64,000 nt of DNA from a candidate division FCPU426 bacterium (lineage in GTDB: Bacteria > Oederibacteriota > Muellerivitia > Muellerivitales > Muellerivitaceae). The translations under genes and the position numbers were made by a program. The notes beneath the pieces are model-generated. The model ran no database searches, had not been told where the DNA came from, and saw only the letters and a program-made list of their open reading frames with translations. Position 1 is the first letter of the stretch. Every line of letters begins with the position of its first letter. Positions 37,341 through 47,291 of this stretch are shown in pieces. The stretch lies in assembly GCA_963847625.1 (NCBI GenBank), contig CAWKAR010000049.1, positions 1 through 64,000 of the forward strand. The letters are read 5' to 3'.

Positions 37341-39128
37341 ATGGATCGAAAAAATACAAGCGGCAGAAAAGGGCCCTATTCCATCGGAAAAATCTGGGGC
37401 GAAGCCACTTCCTTCCTCACCCGCTACCATAAGATCTGGTGGATTGACCTCTCCCTCCTCCTGGGACTGATCGGTCTCATCTTCGGCATCATGGACGTGG
37501 CCGGCGAGTGGACCGGCATGCACCGGCCCACTGTGGAAATCGACCTGTCCCCTTGGGCCCTTCCCAAGTACACTTTCTTTTCCCTCTGCCGGGGCCTTTT
37601 GGCCTATCTCATCTCCCTGGGTTTCACCCTGGTTTACGGTTATTGGGCGGCGAAGGACCACGTGGCGGAAAAGGTGCTCATCCCCATGCTGGACATCCTG
37701 CAAAGCATCCCGGTCCTGGGTTTCATGCCGGGCCTGGTGCTGGCCCTCATGGCCATATTTCCCACGAGCAACATCGGGCTGGAATTGGCTGCGGTCATCA
37801 TGATCTTCACGGGCCAGGCCTGGAACATGACCTTCAGCTTCTACCAGTCCCTGAGGTCTATCCCCCAGTATCTCCAGGAGGCGGCGGCCGTCTACAAGTT
37901 CAACTGGCTTCAAAAATCCCTGAAATTGGAGCTTCCCTTTTCGGCCATCGGCCTGATCTGGAACAGCATGATGAGCATGGCGGGCGGCTGGTTCTTCCTG
38001 ACCGTCAGCGAGGCCTTCCAGCTGGGGGACAAGGATTTCCGCCTCCCGGGTCTGGGCTCCTACATGAGCGTGGCCAACGACCGTGGAGACGGCTGGGCCA
38101 AGGTTTGGGGCATTATCGCCATGGTGACCATGATCGTGTTCTTGGACCAGTTCCTCTGGCGGCCCCTGGTGGTTTGGGGCCAGAAGTTCCGGGTGGAGGA
38201 AGGCGGCGCCGAAGAGAGCATGCATTCCTGGTTCCTGGAATTCCTCGAGCGTTCCCATATCATCCATATTCTTGGCCGTCTTTTCCGGCGCAAACCCAAA
38301 CCTTACGCGGCATCCCCGTCCCCCGGCAACATTCGGGTCGAGCCCGCAATGCCCCCGTCCCCAGGCGCACCAAACAATCTGGTAAAAACCGTTTCCATCC
38401 TGGCTTTCACTTCCCTGGTGGCGGTCATGCTATATGGCGCCTGGAAAATCCTGCTTCTTTTCACCCAGGTCCACCTGGCCCAGTGGGGGCTGATCGTGGG
38501 GGAGGCCTCGGCGAGCCTGGGGCGCGTCTTGACGGCGGTGGGGCTTTCGGCCCTCTGGGCGATACCCGTGGGGCTTTGGATCGGGCTTTCACCCCGGCTT
38601 TCCCGCGTGGCCCAGCCTTTCGTCCAGGTGGCGGCGTCTTTCCCCGCCCCCATGCTCTTTTCCTATGTCATCATCATCCTGAAATTCATGGGGATCTCCT
38701 TGAACTGGGGCAGTATCGCGCTCATGATCCTGGGCGCCCAGTGGTATATTCTCTTCAACGTGGTGGCCGGGGCCATGGCCATCCCCTCGGACCTGCTGGA
38801 GGCGGCCCGCTTGTACCGCATGAAAGGATGGGACCTTTTTTGGAAAGTCAAAATGCCCGGCATTTTCCCTTACCTGGTCACAGGCATGGTGACCTCGGCG
38901 GGCGGCACCTGGAATGCCAGCATCGTGGCAGAATACGTGACGGACAAGGGACAGACCTTGACGGCCTACGGCCTGGGTTCCCAGATCAGCATCGCCGCCA
39001 GCAGATCCGATTTCCCCATGCTGGCGGCCAGCGTGGTGGTCATGTCGTTGATGGTGGTGACTTTCAATCGGCTGGTCTGGAAGAGGCTTTATCACCTGGC
39101 CGAGGAGAAGTACTCTTTAAGCAAATGA
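37341..39128 (+). CDS. ABC transporter permease (nitrate/sulfonate/bicarbonate type, duplicated TM domain)
   Basis: LDILQSIPVLGF, WNSMMSMAGGWFFL and two EAA loops. Confidence 0.92.
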   Translation: MDRKNTSGRKGPYSIGKIWGEATSFLTRYHKIWWIDLSLLLGLIGLIFGIMDVAGEWTGMHRPTVEIDLSPWALPKYTFFSLCRGLLAYLISLGFTLVYGYWAAKDHVAEKVLIPMLDILQSIPVLGFMPGLVLALMAIFPTSNIGLELAAVIMIFTGQAWNMTFSFYQSLRSIPQYLQEAAAVYKFNWLQKSLKLELPFSAIGLIWNSMMSMAGGWFFLTVSEAFQLGDKDFRLPGLGSYMSVANDRGDGWAKVWGIIAMVTMIVFLDQFLWRPLVVWGQKFRVEEGGAEESMHSWFLEFLERSHIIHILGRLFRRKPKPYAASPSPGNIRVEPAMPPSPGAPNNLVKTVSILAFTSLVAVMLYGAWKILLLFTQVHLAQWGLIVGEASASLGRVLTAVGLSALWAIPVGLWIGLSPRLSRVAQPFVQVAASFPAPMLFSYVIIILKFMGISLNWGSIALMILGAQWYILFNVVAGAMAIPSDLLEAARLYRMKGWDLFWKVKMPGIFPYLVTGMVTSAGGTWNASIVAEYVTDKGQTLTAYGLGSQISIAASRSDFPMLAASVVVMSLMVVTFNRLVWKRLYHLAEEKYSLSK

Positions 39129-39152
39129 TTCCCAAGGCGGGTTCCGCCTTGG

Positions 39153-39198
39153 GAGTTAGAAGTTAGCAGTTGTTGAAGGAAATTCCTAACTTCTAACT
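39153..39198. repeat. Heptamer-based inverted repeat between the ABC genes
   Basis: AGTTAGAAGTTAG ... CTAACTTCTAACT, preceded by the hairpin CCCAAGGCGG-GTT-CCGCCTTGGG. Confidence 0.65.
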
Positions 39199-39233
39199 AC
39201 TCACTGATAATCTATTTCGTTGTGGGGGTGGCT

Positions 39234-40748
39234 ATGGCGGTGAACCTAACGGAAGTCCAGGCCAAGCAGAAATTGATTGAGGTCAAAAACGTCAGCCAGG
39301 AATTCACGCTCCCCAACGGCAAATCCTTGAAGGTCCTGGAGGACATCAACTTTTGCGTGAATTCCAGGGAAGTCGTGGCGTTCCTGGGGCCGTCCGGTTG
39401 CGGGAAGTCCACGCTTCTTCGCATCCTGGCGGGATTGATCCCCCCCACCCACGGCCAGGTTTTCTACCATGACCGCCCCTTGAATGGCTTGAACACCGGG
39501 GTTTCCATCGTTTTCCAAAGTTTCGCCCTTTTTCCCTGGATGACGGTTATGGAAAATATCCAGACCGCTCTGAAATCCCGCGGTTTCCCCGCGGGCGAGA
39601 TCGATGACCGGGCCCAAAAGGCCGTCCAGATGGTGGGTCTGGCCGGATTCGAGGATACCTACCCCCGGGAGCTTTCCGGTGGCATGAAGCAGCGCGTCGG
39701 CATCGCCCGGGCCCTGTCGGTGGACCCGGAGATCCTCTTCATGGACGAGCCCTTCAGCCATGTGGACGCCTTGACCGCCGAGTCCCTGCGGGCGGAAGTC
39801 ATCGACATCTGGGCCGCCCAGGACCGCAACCCCTCCTCCATCCTCATGGTCAGCCACGACATCCCCGAAGTGGTTTACATGGCCGACCGCATCATCCTGC
39901 TTTCCGCTAACCCGGGGAAACTCGTGAAAATCGTCGAGAACCCCCTTCCCCGACCCCGGGACTACCGCTCGCCTGACTTCAACCGCCTGGTGGAGCAACT
40001 GCACGAAATCATCACGGGTCATGAGATCCCCGACGTGCCCCAACTGGAACTGATTCCCAACGAGATGCCGCCGGCCGAGTCCCTTCCCGACACCCTGCCG
40101 GGGGAGATCGTGGGCGTGCTGGAATACCTGGACGCCCGCGAGGGGCGCGAGGATGTGTTCCGGATCGCTGCGGAAACCGACAAGGAATTCGGCTCCGTCA
40201 TCAAGGCCGTCAAGGCCGCTGAGCTCCTGGATTTCGTGGACACTCCCAAGCGCATGGTAGTGCTGACGTCCGAAGGCCAGCGCTTCATGAAGGCCATGAG
40301 CCAGGAACGGCAGACCATCTGGAAGGAACAGCTCCTGAAGCTGAGGCTTTTCAAACAGGTGAACGACATGCTTTCCAAGCACCCCCGCATGAAACTGAAC
40401 GCGGAACTGGTGCAGGAAGTCATCATCTTCAACCTGCCCGCTGAGAATTACGAGAAAACCTTCGAGACTTTCGTGCAATGGGCCATGTACGGGAACCTCT
40501 TCGCCTATGACGAGGATTCCCAGAAACTTTTCTTCCCCCGTAAACGGCCTTCCAAGTCGAGGCCGAAGGGTGATGAGAAACAGGTTGCCAACGGAAAGGC
40601 GCCCGAAGCCAAAACCGATGTCCAGGCACCGACAGGACTCTCTTCCAATGGGGCGGAGGCCAAGACCGAGAAGTCCCTTCCTCTTCTTGAAACACCTGCT
40701 TCGTCCGAAACTCCTCCTGCAGGGGATTCCACCCTTCCCAAGACCTGA
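39234..40748 (+). CDS. ABC transporter ATP-binding protein with C-terminal AAA-associated domain
   Basis: [33 protein letters not shown]-terminal extension with YGNLFAYD. Confidence 0.93.
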   Translation: MAVNLTEVQAKQKLIEVKNVSQEFTLPNGKSLKVLEDINFCVNSREVVAFLGPSGCGKSTLLRILAGLIPPTHGQVFYHDRPLNGLNTGVSIVFQSFALFPWMTVMENIQTALKSRGFPAGEIDDRAQKAVQMVGLAGFEDTYPRELSGGMKQRVGIARALSVDPEILFMDEPFSHVDALTAESLRAEVIDIWAAQDRNPSSILMVSHDIPEVVYMADRIILLSANPGKLVKIVENPLPRPRDYRSPDFNRLVEQLHEIITGHEIPDVPQLELIPNEMPPAESLPDTLPGEIVGVLEYLDAREGREDVFRIAAETDKEFGSVIKAVKAAELLDFVDTPKRMVVLTSEGQRFMKAMSQERQTIWKEQLLKLRLFKQVNDMLSKHPRMKLNAELVQEVIIFNLPAENYEKTFETFVQWAMYGNLFAYDEDSQKLFFPRKRPSKSRPKGDEKQVANGKAPEAKTDVQAPTGLSSNGAEAKTEKSLPLLETPASSETPPAGDSTLPKT

Positions 40749-40848
40749 TCCGCCCAAGGACGATCCTTTCAGCCGGTGAAATTCGTTTTTTTTGCCGATG
40801 ACGGTGTTAAACTGTCGGCGTTTTCAACTTTCGTTTGAAAGGGCATCC

Positions 40849-41517
40849 ATGGAATACATCCATTACGCGGTTAATTTCTTCCTGCACCTGGATAAAAATC
40901 TAGCCGATATTGCGGCAGCTCATGCCCAGTCCATTTACGGTTTGTTGTTTTTGGTGATTTTCTGCGAAACGGGTCTGGTGGTGACTCCCTTCCTCCCGGG
41001 GGATTCCCTGCTGTTCGCGGTGGGAGCGCTGACGGCGGCTAGTAACAGTCCGTTGCCCCTGCCCATTTGGGCGGTCTATGGCCTGCTGACCCTAGCGGCC
41101 CTCCTGGGCGACAACAGCAACTACTGGATCGGCCGGTACTTCGGGCCCAATGTCTTCGGAAGACTCATGAACCAGAAGCACTTGAACCGCACGCACGAGT
41201 TCTACGAGAAGCATGGCGTTTTGACTCTGGTGATCGCCCAGTTCGTCCCCATCATCCGTACCTTCGCGCCCTTCGTGGCGGGCATCGGGGACATGACCTA
41301 CGGGAAGTTCCTCAGGTTTAATTTCATGGGGGTCTTCCTCTGGACAACGCTTTTCGTCTGGACGGGATACTTCTTTGGCAACCTGGATTTCGTGAAAGCC
41401 AACTTCCATTACGTCATCCTGGGCATCATCGTGGTTTCGGTGATTCCGATTATTATCGAGTTGGCCAAGCAATTCAGGGGCAAACCTGAGGCCCCCTCCC
41501 GCAGGAAAAGGGGTTAG
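40849..41517 (+). CDS. dedA: DedA family membrane protein
   Basis: FCETGLVVTPFLPGDSLLF, GDNSNYWIG, FYEKHG, FVPIIRTFAPFVAG. Confidence 0.93.
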   Translation: MEYIHYAVNFFLHLDKNLADIAAAHAQSIYGLLFLVIFCETGLVVTPFLPGDSLLFAVGALTAASNSPLPLPIWAVYGLLTLAALLGDNSNYWIGRYFGPNVFGRLMNQKHLNRTHEFYEKHGVLTLVIAQFVPIIRTFAPFVAGIGDMTYGKFLRFNFMGVFLWTTLFVWTGYFFGNLDFVKANFHYVILGIIVVSVIPIIIELAKQFRGKPEAPSRRKRG

Positions 41518-41583
41518 CCCAACGGCTCATGTGGGTGTCGCCTTCGCGGCCAGGGGTATTCCCGCTGGTAAAAAATAAAACAA

Positions 41584-43779
41584 ATGGCTCCTTTTTTTAA
41601 GAAAAAGGGGGGGATGATCTTGGGTTTTGACCTAAGGAAAATGAGTTTTTCCGGGAATACCTGGTATTATTTTTTATTATTTTTAATTTCAAATATAATC
41701 CTTTCCAGCCAAGGTTTTTCTATCCCTGTCAAGGCCGCTGTTTTATTTTTAGGGATTTTCTTGCCTCTCTTCTTGGCCGTCCGAAACCTTCCTGAAAACT
41801 CAAAGTCCCTTTCTCCGCTGGTCGGCGAGGAATTCCTCCCGCCAGTTCCATTTTGGCTGTGGGTCGTTCTCGGCTTGGCGGTGGTTTTCATTCGCCTTTA
41901 TAAACTCGAAACATTTTTCCTTTGGCCCACTTATGACGAGGGATTAATGGGAATTCATTCCATCGGGTTAAGCGAAAAATGGAATTGGACTTTTTTTTAC
42001 ACGATGGTTCAAATCCCGCCTACTTTGGTTTGGGCCCTGAGTTTTTTCCTCCGTTTTTTAAAATCCCCGTCCTTGGATTTAAGGTTATTACCGGCCCTGG
42101 TTTCCATAGCCGTGCTTCCATTGGGTTATTTGGTATTAAGGTCTTATTTTTCCAAATCATTCAGTTTTGTCGGAATATGTCTTATCACCTTTAGCCTGTG
42201 GTCTTTTGGTTGCGGCCGATGGTGTCATACCGGAATATTGATTACACCTTGGGAAATGATTTGCCTTTTTCTCATGGTGGCCTTTTTAAAAGAGAAAGAT
42301 TTGCCCAAAAAGCGGATTTGGGGAGCGATTTTGGGTTTCGTGACCGGTCTTGGCCCTTATACGTTTCACAGCTGGGTTTTCCCCGCTTTTCTGATAGTGA
42401 TCGGGGCTTTTGGCGGTTCTTTTCAACGTCCCTTCAAGAACCGGGATTATATCCCCTGGTTTCTCGCGTTTTTCCTCGCGGCCTTGACGCCATACTTCAT
42501 CGCCGCTTGGCGGGAAAATTTTAACGCTTTTTCCAGGGTTGTTTACGGTTTGAGCGGCGGGGTTCTCCTCAAAGACCGGTTTCAAGTGGCTTTCTCGTAT
42601 TTTTCCACCTTGTTCTGGGGGGCGTTAAGCGGCGTCAGGGTTTGGAATTCGGATAACTGGGAAAGATTCAATCCGCTTTGGGGCGCAGCTTTCTTCCTGG
42701 GAATGATTCAAATGGTTAAACACCGCGCCCAGCGGATGGTTCAGTGGCTGGGCCTGGCCCTGATTATTTGTTTTTTTCCGGGTTTGATTTCCCCCTATGT
42801 CGAAACATTCAGGATTCTTCCGATCCTTCCTTTCCTGCTGTTGGTCACGGCCTGGGGTTTAGGAAGCCTTTTAATGAAAGTGTCCAAGGATCGGCGAATC
42901 CTCTTATTATCGGTTTTTTTGGCCGTTTCCGCCGGAATCGATGGCAACCGGGTTATAAAAATCTACGGTTTGCCGATGGACTTCGCGGGAAATCCGGAAA
43001 CCAGCGCGCCGGTGGAAAACCTGCGGGCTTATCGGATTTTGAAGGAAATCCGCCGCCAGGCGGGGGACGGGCTGATTTTTACCGAATTCTTCCAAGACGC
43101 GCATGTAAGACCTTTTGTCATGACTTATGATATCAATGCCGCTGAAAATCCCCGGTTGGACGCGCGCGCCGCCAAGTGGGCGGCTGTTTTGCTGGATAGT
43201 CACTACAAACCTTTTTTGTCGAAAAAATTTCCCGAGGCTCATTGGTACCCGCTTGGGTGGGACCTGCCGGATGAAAGAAATATCACGTTGGGAGTCATCC
43301 CCGTCCAGGAAAGGAACAAAGAAACCTTGGGACGATGGATTCAAGCCCATCACTACTTCCGTCAATTAGACCTTCTTTTCGGTAATATCGGCGGGTCCCG
43401 AAGCTACGCATTGGCGGAAAAAACCCTCGATCAGCGGCCATCTTTCTTGAATGATGACCGGTTTTTGGAATCGTGTTATTGGGAGTTGCACGCCGAGTTT
43501 TATTATCGGTATAACTATCAAAACCATTATGAAGACATGCTTTTTGATTTGCGGCAAGCCATCGAAAAAGGCTATCCTTCCGCTCATTTGTATTACAAAT
43601 CGGGGAGTTTGCTTTTAAGAAAAAGCCGTTTCGTCCAATCCCGTGAGGCGTTTCAAGGGGCATTGCGCGAGGAACCTCATTACGCCCAGGCTTTGGACGC
43701 ATTGTCGATTTTGGACCGGCTGGAAAAACAAAAAAACGCAGGGAGTCCTGATCAAACCGCGAAAACCGGCTTGGAATAG
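41584..43779 (+). CDS. ArnT/PMT-like (GT-C) membrane glycosyltransferase with C-terminal TPR, paralog 1
   Basis: WPTYDEG acidic loop after the first TMs, many TMs, C-terminal TPR-like helices. Start could be 41614 or 41641. Confidence 0.72.
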   Translation: MAPFFKKKGGMILGFDLRKMSFSGNTWYYFLLFLISNIILSSQGFSIPVKAAVLFLGIFLPLFLAVRNLPENSKSLSPLVGEEFLPPVPFWLWVVLGLAVVFIRLYKLETFFLWPTYDEGLMGIHSIGLSEKWNWTFFYTMVQIPPTLVWALSFFLRFLKSPSLDLRLLPALVSIAVLPLGYLVLRSYFSKSFSFVGICLITFSLWSFGCGRWCHTGILITPWEMICLFLMVAFLKEKDLPKKRIWGAILGFVTGLGPYTFHSWVFPAFLIVIGAFGGSFQRPFKNRDYIPWFLAFFLAALTPYFIAAWRENFNAFSRVVYGLSGGVLLKDRFQVAFSYFSTLFWGALSGVRVWNSDNWERFNPLWGAAFFLGMIQMVKHRAQRMVQWLGLALIICFFPGLISPYVETFRILPILPFLLLVTAWGLGSLLMKVSKDRRILLLSVFLAVSAGIDGNRVIKIYGLPMDFAGNPETSAPVENLRAYRILKEIRRQAGDGLIFTEFFQDAHVRPFVMTYDINAAENPRLDARAAKWAAVLLDSHYKPFLSKKFPEAHWYPLGWDLPDERNITLGVIPVQERNKETLGRWIQAHHYFRQLDLLFGNIGGSRSYALAEKTLDQRPSFLNDDRFLESCYWELHAEFYYRYNYQNHYEDMLFDLRQAIEKGYPSAHLYYKSGSLLLRKSRFVQSREAFQGALREEPHYAQALDALSILDRLEKQKNAGSPDQTAKTGLE

Positions 43780-43884
43780 GTTTGGCCGTTTTTCCCCACG
43801 CGTTTTTTGGTTGAAGCGTCAAACACGATTCGGCTAATGCTGTTCAACCGGTCGTATTTTTCAAAGAAGAGGGTTATTTTGAAG

Positions 43885-46008
43885 ATGGAACTAAGGAAAA
43901 TGAGTTCCCGCTGGAGTCCTTGGAATTATTTTTTTCTCTTTTTATTTTCGAATATTATCCTTTCCAGCCAGAGCGTTTCTCTCACGATTAAAACCGCCGT
44001 TTTTATTTTTGGGATCGTTTTTCCGGTCCTATTATCCATCCGAAACTTTCCCGAAAGTTCAACGCCCCTTTCCCCGCTGACTGACGAGGAATTCCTCCCC
44101 CCCGTCCCTGCCTGGCTATGGGTCGTTCTCGGCTTAACGGCGGTTTTTATCCATTTTTACAAACTGGAAAGCCTTTACGCCTGGCCCAATGGCGACGAGG
44201 GTTCCGTCGGTTTGTATGCCATTGGATTAACCGAAAAGTGGAATTGGAAGTTTTTTTACATGCCCGACCAGATCCCCCCCTTTTTAATTTGGGTCACGAG
44301 TTTCTTTTTTCGATTTCTCAAACCTCCGTTATTGGGTCTGTGGCTTTTTCCCGCTTTGGTTTCAATCACCGTTATTCCCTTGAGCTACCTTGCGTTTCGG
44401 TCTTATTTCTCGAAATCGTTCAGTTTTTTGGGCGTTTGCCTCACGGCTTTTAGTTTATGGCTTTTTGACTGTGGCCGTTGGTGTCAACCGGGAATACTGT
44501 TACCGCCTTGGGAATTGATTTTATTTTTCCTGATGGCCAGGTTCTTGGGAGAAAAAGACCCGGCCCCCGGTAAAAAACTGGCGGCTCTTCTTGGCTTCGT
44601 CCTGGGGTTGGGGTATTTCACTTTTCCTTGTTGGCCCTTCGTGGTGCTGTTGATTGGCTTGACCTTTTTGGCCCGGGTCTATACCAAACCCGGGAAAAAA
44701 CTCGGCTTTCTTTTGCATTTCTCCATCTGTTTTTCCCTCGCTTTCATTCCTTTCTTGGCGGCGGTTTGGAAGGAAGGTTACGCCTCCACCAGGCTGGTGG
44801 TCGCTGCCTTCGGCGTTGGGGCTTCCCCTTTCCAGCGGGTCTTGGCCGCGCTGTCTTATTTTTCGTCCTTGTTTTGGGGGCCTCTGAAGGGTATCAGGTT
44901 TTATAGCCCTGGAAATTTCGAAAGATTAAACCCTGTCTTGGGGGCGGTTTTTTTTGTGGGGCTGGTCCAAATGATCAGGTACCGTTCACATAAAATCGTA
45001 AGATGGGTGTTTTGGGCCTCGATCATCGTGACCCTTCCCGCTTGGCTTTCCATGTATGTGGAAATGTTGAGGATTATTTCCGTTCTTCCTTTTTTACTGA
45101 TAGTGGCTTCTTGGGGATTTTTTGGCCTTTTAAAAAAGATCCCGGATAAAAGAAGATTGGTTGTTTTTCTGCTCTTATTGACGGCAGGCCTGGTCCTGGA
45201 TGGGTTTCGGGTCTTTAAGCTTCACCCGGGGTCCTCGGGTTCCTTGCTGGAATTATCCAATCCCAACTTTTCGCCTGTCAGCCGGACCATCTATGGGGTC
45301 TTAAAGGAAATCTCGGAAAAGATGGGAACGGGGTTGATCTTTACCGAGTTCAAGCCGGAAATGGGAGATCCGACGCCTTTTGTCACGACTTATTCCTTCA
45401 ATGCCGCTGAAAATCCCCGGTTGATTCCAGGGAACGCCCATTGGGCGGCGGTGGTCACCAATGTCCATTTTCAGCGGTTTCTTTCGGCCCGGTTCCCGGA
45501 AGCGCGATGGTATTGGCTGGGCCGCGGTTTGCCCCAGGACAACGAAACCCTGCTTGGGATTTTGCCGGTCAACGAGGACTCCCGGGAAACTTTCAAGCGG
45601 TGGATCCAAGCGCATCATTACTTCCGCAAATTGACCGAAGACCTTGATAACATCAATGGGCACCCGACTTACGTCGTAGCCCTGAATGACTTCATCCAAA
45701 AACCGATCTGGATCAGCGAGGATCGGTTCCTGGAATCCTGCTATTGGGAAAAAATAGGGGAATTTTATTATCAATTCGGTTTTCAATCCCATTACGGGGA
45801 TCTCACAAATGCTTTGGGGCAGGCTATCGAAAAAGGATATCCGGCCGCGCACTTATATTACAAACTTGGAAGTTTGCTTCTTCGGAAGAAAAATTTTTCC
45901 GGAGCTAAAAAAAACTACGAGGCTGCTTTGCGTTTGGAACCCCATTATCCCGCCGTGCTGAGCGCCCTGGAAGTCCTGAAGAATATGGAAAAACGGGGGA
46001 AAGAATGA
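43885..46008 (+). CDS. ArnT/PMT-like (GT-C) membrane glycosyltransferase with C-terminal TPR, paralog 2
   Basis: WPNGDEG; colinear with paralog 1 (NAAENPRL, DRFLESCYWE, AIEKGYP.AHLYYK). Confidence 0.72.
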   Translation: MELRKMSSRWSPWNYFFLFLFSNIILSSQSVSLTIKTAVFIFGIVFPVLLSIRNFPESSTPLSPLTDEEFLPPVPAWLWVVLGLTAVFIHFYKLESLYAWPNGDEGSVGLYAIGLTEKWNWKFFYMPDQIPPFLIWVTSFFFRFLKPPLLGLWLFPALVSITVIPLSYLAFRSYFSKSFSFLGVCLTAFSLWLFDCGRWCQPGILLPPWELILFFLMARFLGEKDPAPGKKLAALLGFVLGLGYFTFPCWPFVVLLIGLTFLARVYTKPGKKLGFLLHFSICFSLAFIPFLAAVWKEGYASTRLVVAAFGVGASPFQRVLAALSYFSSLFWGPLKGIRFYSPGNFERLNPVLGAVFFVGLVQMIRYRSHKIVRWVFWASIIVTLPAWLSMYVEMLRIISVLPFLLIVASWGFFGLLKKIPDKRRLVVFLLLLTAGLVLDGFRVFKLHPGSSGSLLELSNPNFSPVSRTIYGVLKEISEKMGTGLIFTEFKPEMGDPTPFVTTYSFNAAENPRLIPGNAHWAAVVTNVHFQRFLSARFPEARWYWLGRGLPQDNETLLGILPVNEDSRETFKRWIQAHHYFRKLTEDLDNINGHPTYVVALNDFIQKPIWISEDRFLESCYWEKIGEFYYQFGFQSHYGDLTNALGQAIEKGYPAAHLYYKLGSLLLRKKNFSGAKKNYEAALRLEPHYPAVLSALEVLKNMEKRGKE

Positions 46009-46081
46009 GAATAAAGACGTTTAGAATTTTGGGGCAAAACCGGGGCCCTTTCCTGCGGGAAAAGGGGTGAACCCGGCCGGT

Positions 46082-47191
46082 TCATCCCAGGGGCCGGTTT
46101 TTCAATCCGAACATCTTTCGGATTTTCATATTCACCGGCAACTCAAAAAAATGGTAGGAAGCCGCCGAGAAAGCGGTTGTCACGGCGGCGAACAATCCAA
46201 AAGCCGCCAGGACTTCCATGCGAGCCATCACGGGATAAAGGCAATAAAACATCACCGCTTGGAACAGGTAATTCCCATAACTGTACTTGCCCGGCCAGGA
46301 TAAAACCCTCAGGTATTTCGACTCGAAAAAAGGGACATGAAGGCCACCCAGCAGGAATAAGAAGGAACTCAGGGCGATGAAAGTCGGCCCGTAAATCAGG
46401 TTGACGCGGCTTTCATAACCCGCCGCGCCGTAGGTCACCAGCAAAATGAGCGCGCCCGAAAGGCAGAGGAAACCGCTGGCCCATTTCTGTTTCCCGAGCA
46501 GATCCCCGTATTTCCTCGCCGCCAGGTAAAGCAAGGCTCCAAACGCGATCTGGTCGAACGCCCCGAAGGATACTTTCATGGACCATGCCGCGCTTCCCAC
46601 TCCCGCGAAATAGACCCCAAGGCGCCATAAAATCCCGAAACCGATGACGCCCCCCGTGAACAGCGCCAATCGCGCTTCCTTTCCCAGCCGTTTCAACAGC
46701 GGGGGGTAAAAAAGGTAAAATTGCTCCTCCACCGACAGGGACCACAACACGCCCCAATGAAGGCCCGGGAAATTCGCGGGGAAAAAGGCCTGGAACCAAT
46801 TGTAGGAAAAGGTCAATATTGAAAGCCAAAAGAGGAAATCGAATTTCATGCCGGTCGTCTTGAAACAATAAAGGAACCTCTTGGAAGGCTCGGGCAAAAG
46901 GAAGGTAAAGAGAACGCCGAGGGCGATCGTCAAAAACAGCAGGGGGAAAATCCTCGCCACCCGGCGGACGTAAAACTCCTTGAACCGGGGCTTGAACAAC
47001 TCTTCCCTTTCTCCGTCAATCAACCGAGTGATCAGGAAACCTGAAATGACGAAAAAAACGCAGACTCCATAAGTGCCGTTTTTCAGGGCCGGCTGCCAGA
47101 GCCATTGAAATGCGGGGCCCGCCGCCCGCATTCCGGCCATGTGCGTGGCCATCACCGAAAGGATGGAAAAGGTCCTGGCCAAGTCGACCAC
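46082..47191 (-). CDS. Acyltransferase family 3 (OafA/YrhL-like) O-acyltransferase
   Basis: GVCVFFVISGFLIT, FYVRRVARIFP, LWSLSVEEQFYL, GKYSYGNYL, SYHFFELP. Start uncertain. Confidence 0.9.
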   Translation of the reverse strand: MVDLARTFSILSVMATHMAGMRAAGPAFQWLWQPALKNGTYGVCVFFVISGFLITRLIDGEREELFKPRFKEFYVRRVARIFPLLFLTIALGVLFTFLLPEPSKRFLYCFKTTGMKFDFLFWLSILTFSYNWFQAFFPANFPGLHWGVLWSLSVEEQFYLFYPPLLKRLGKEARLALFTGGVIGFGILWRLGVYFAGVGSAAWSMKVSFGAFDQIAFGALLYLAARKYGDLLGKQKWASGFLCLSGALILLVTYGAAGYESRVNLIYGPTFIALSSFLFLLGGLHVPFFESKYLRVLSWPGKYSYGNYLFQAVMFYCLYPVMARMEVLAAFGLFAAVTTAFSAASYHFFELPVNMKIRKMFGLKNRPLG

Positions 47192-47291
47192 TTGAATTTT
47201 TTTCGAGGAAAGTGAAATATTTTTGCCCTTTAGCCCGACTTTCCCGCTTGAAAAAGTTAGCGGACGTGGTTGGACCGGGATGGAGGGGATT

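Noticed and set aside
37508..40757. Long alternative-frame ORFs (552 aa +, 503 aa -) over the ABC genes
   Set aside because: Explained by GC3-rich codon bias; Gly/Pro/Arg-rich with no motifs.
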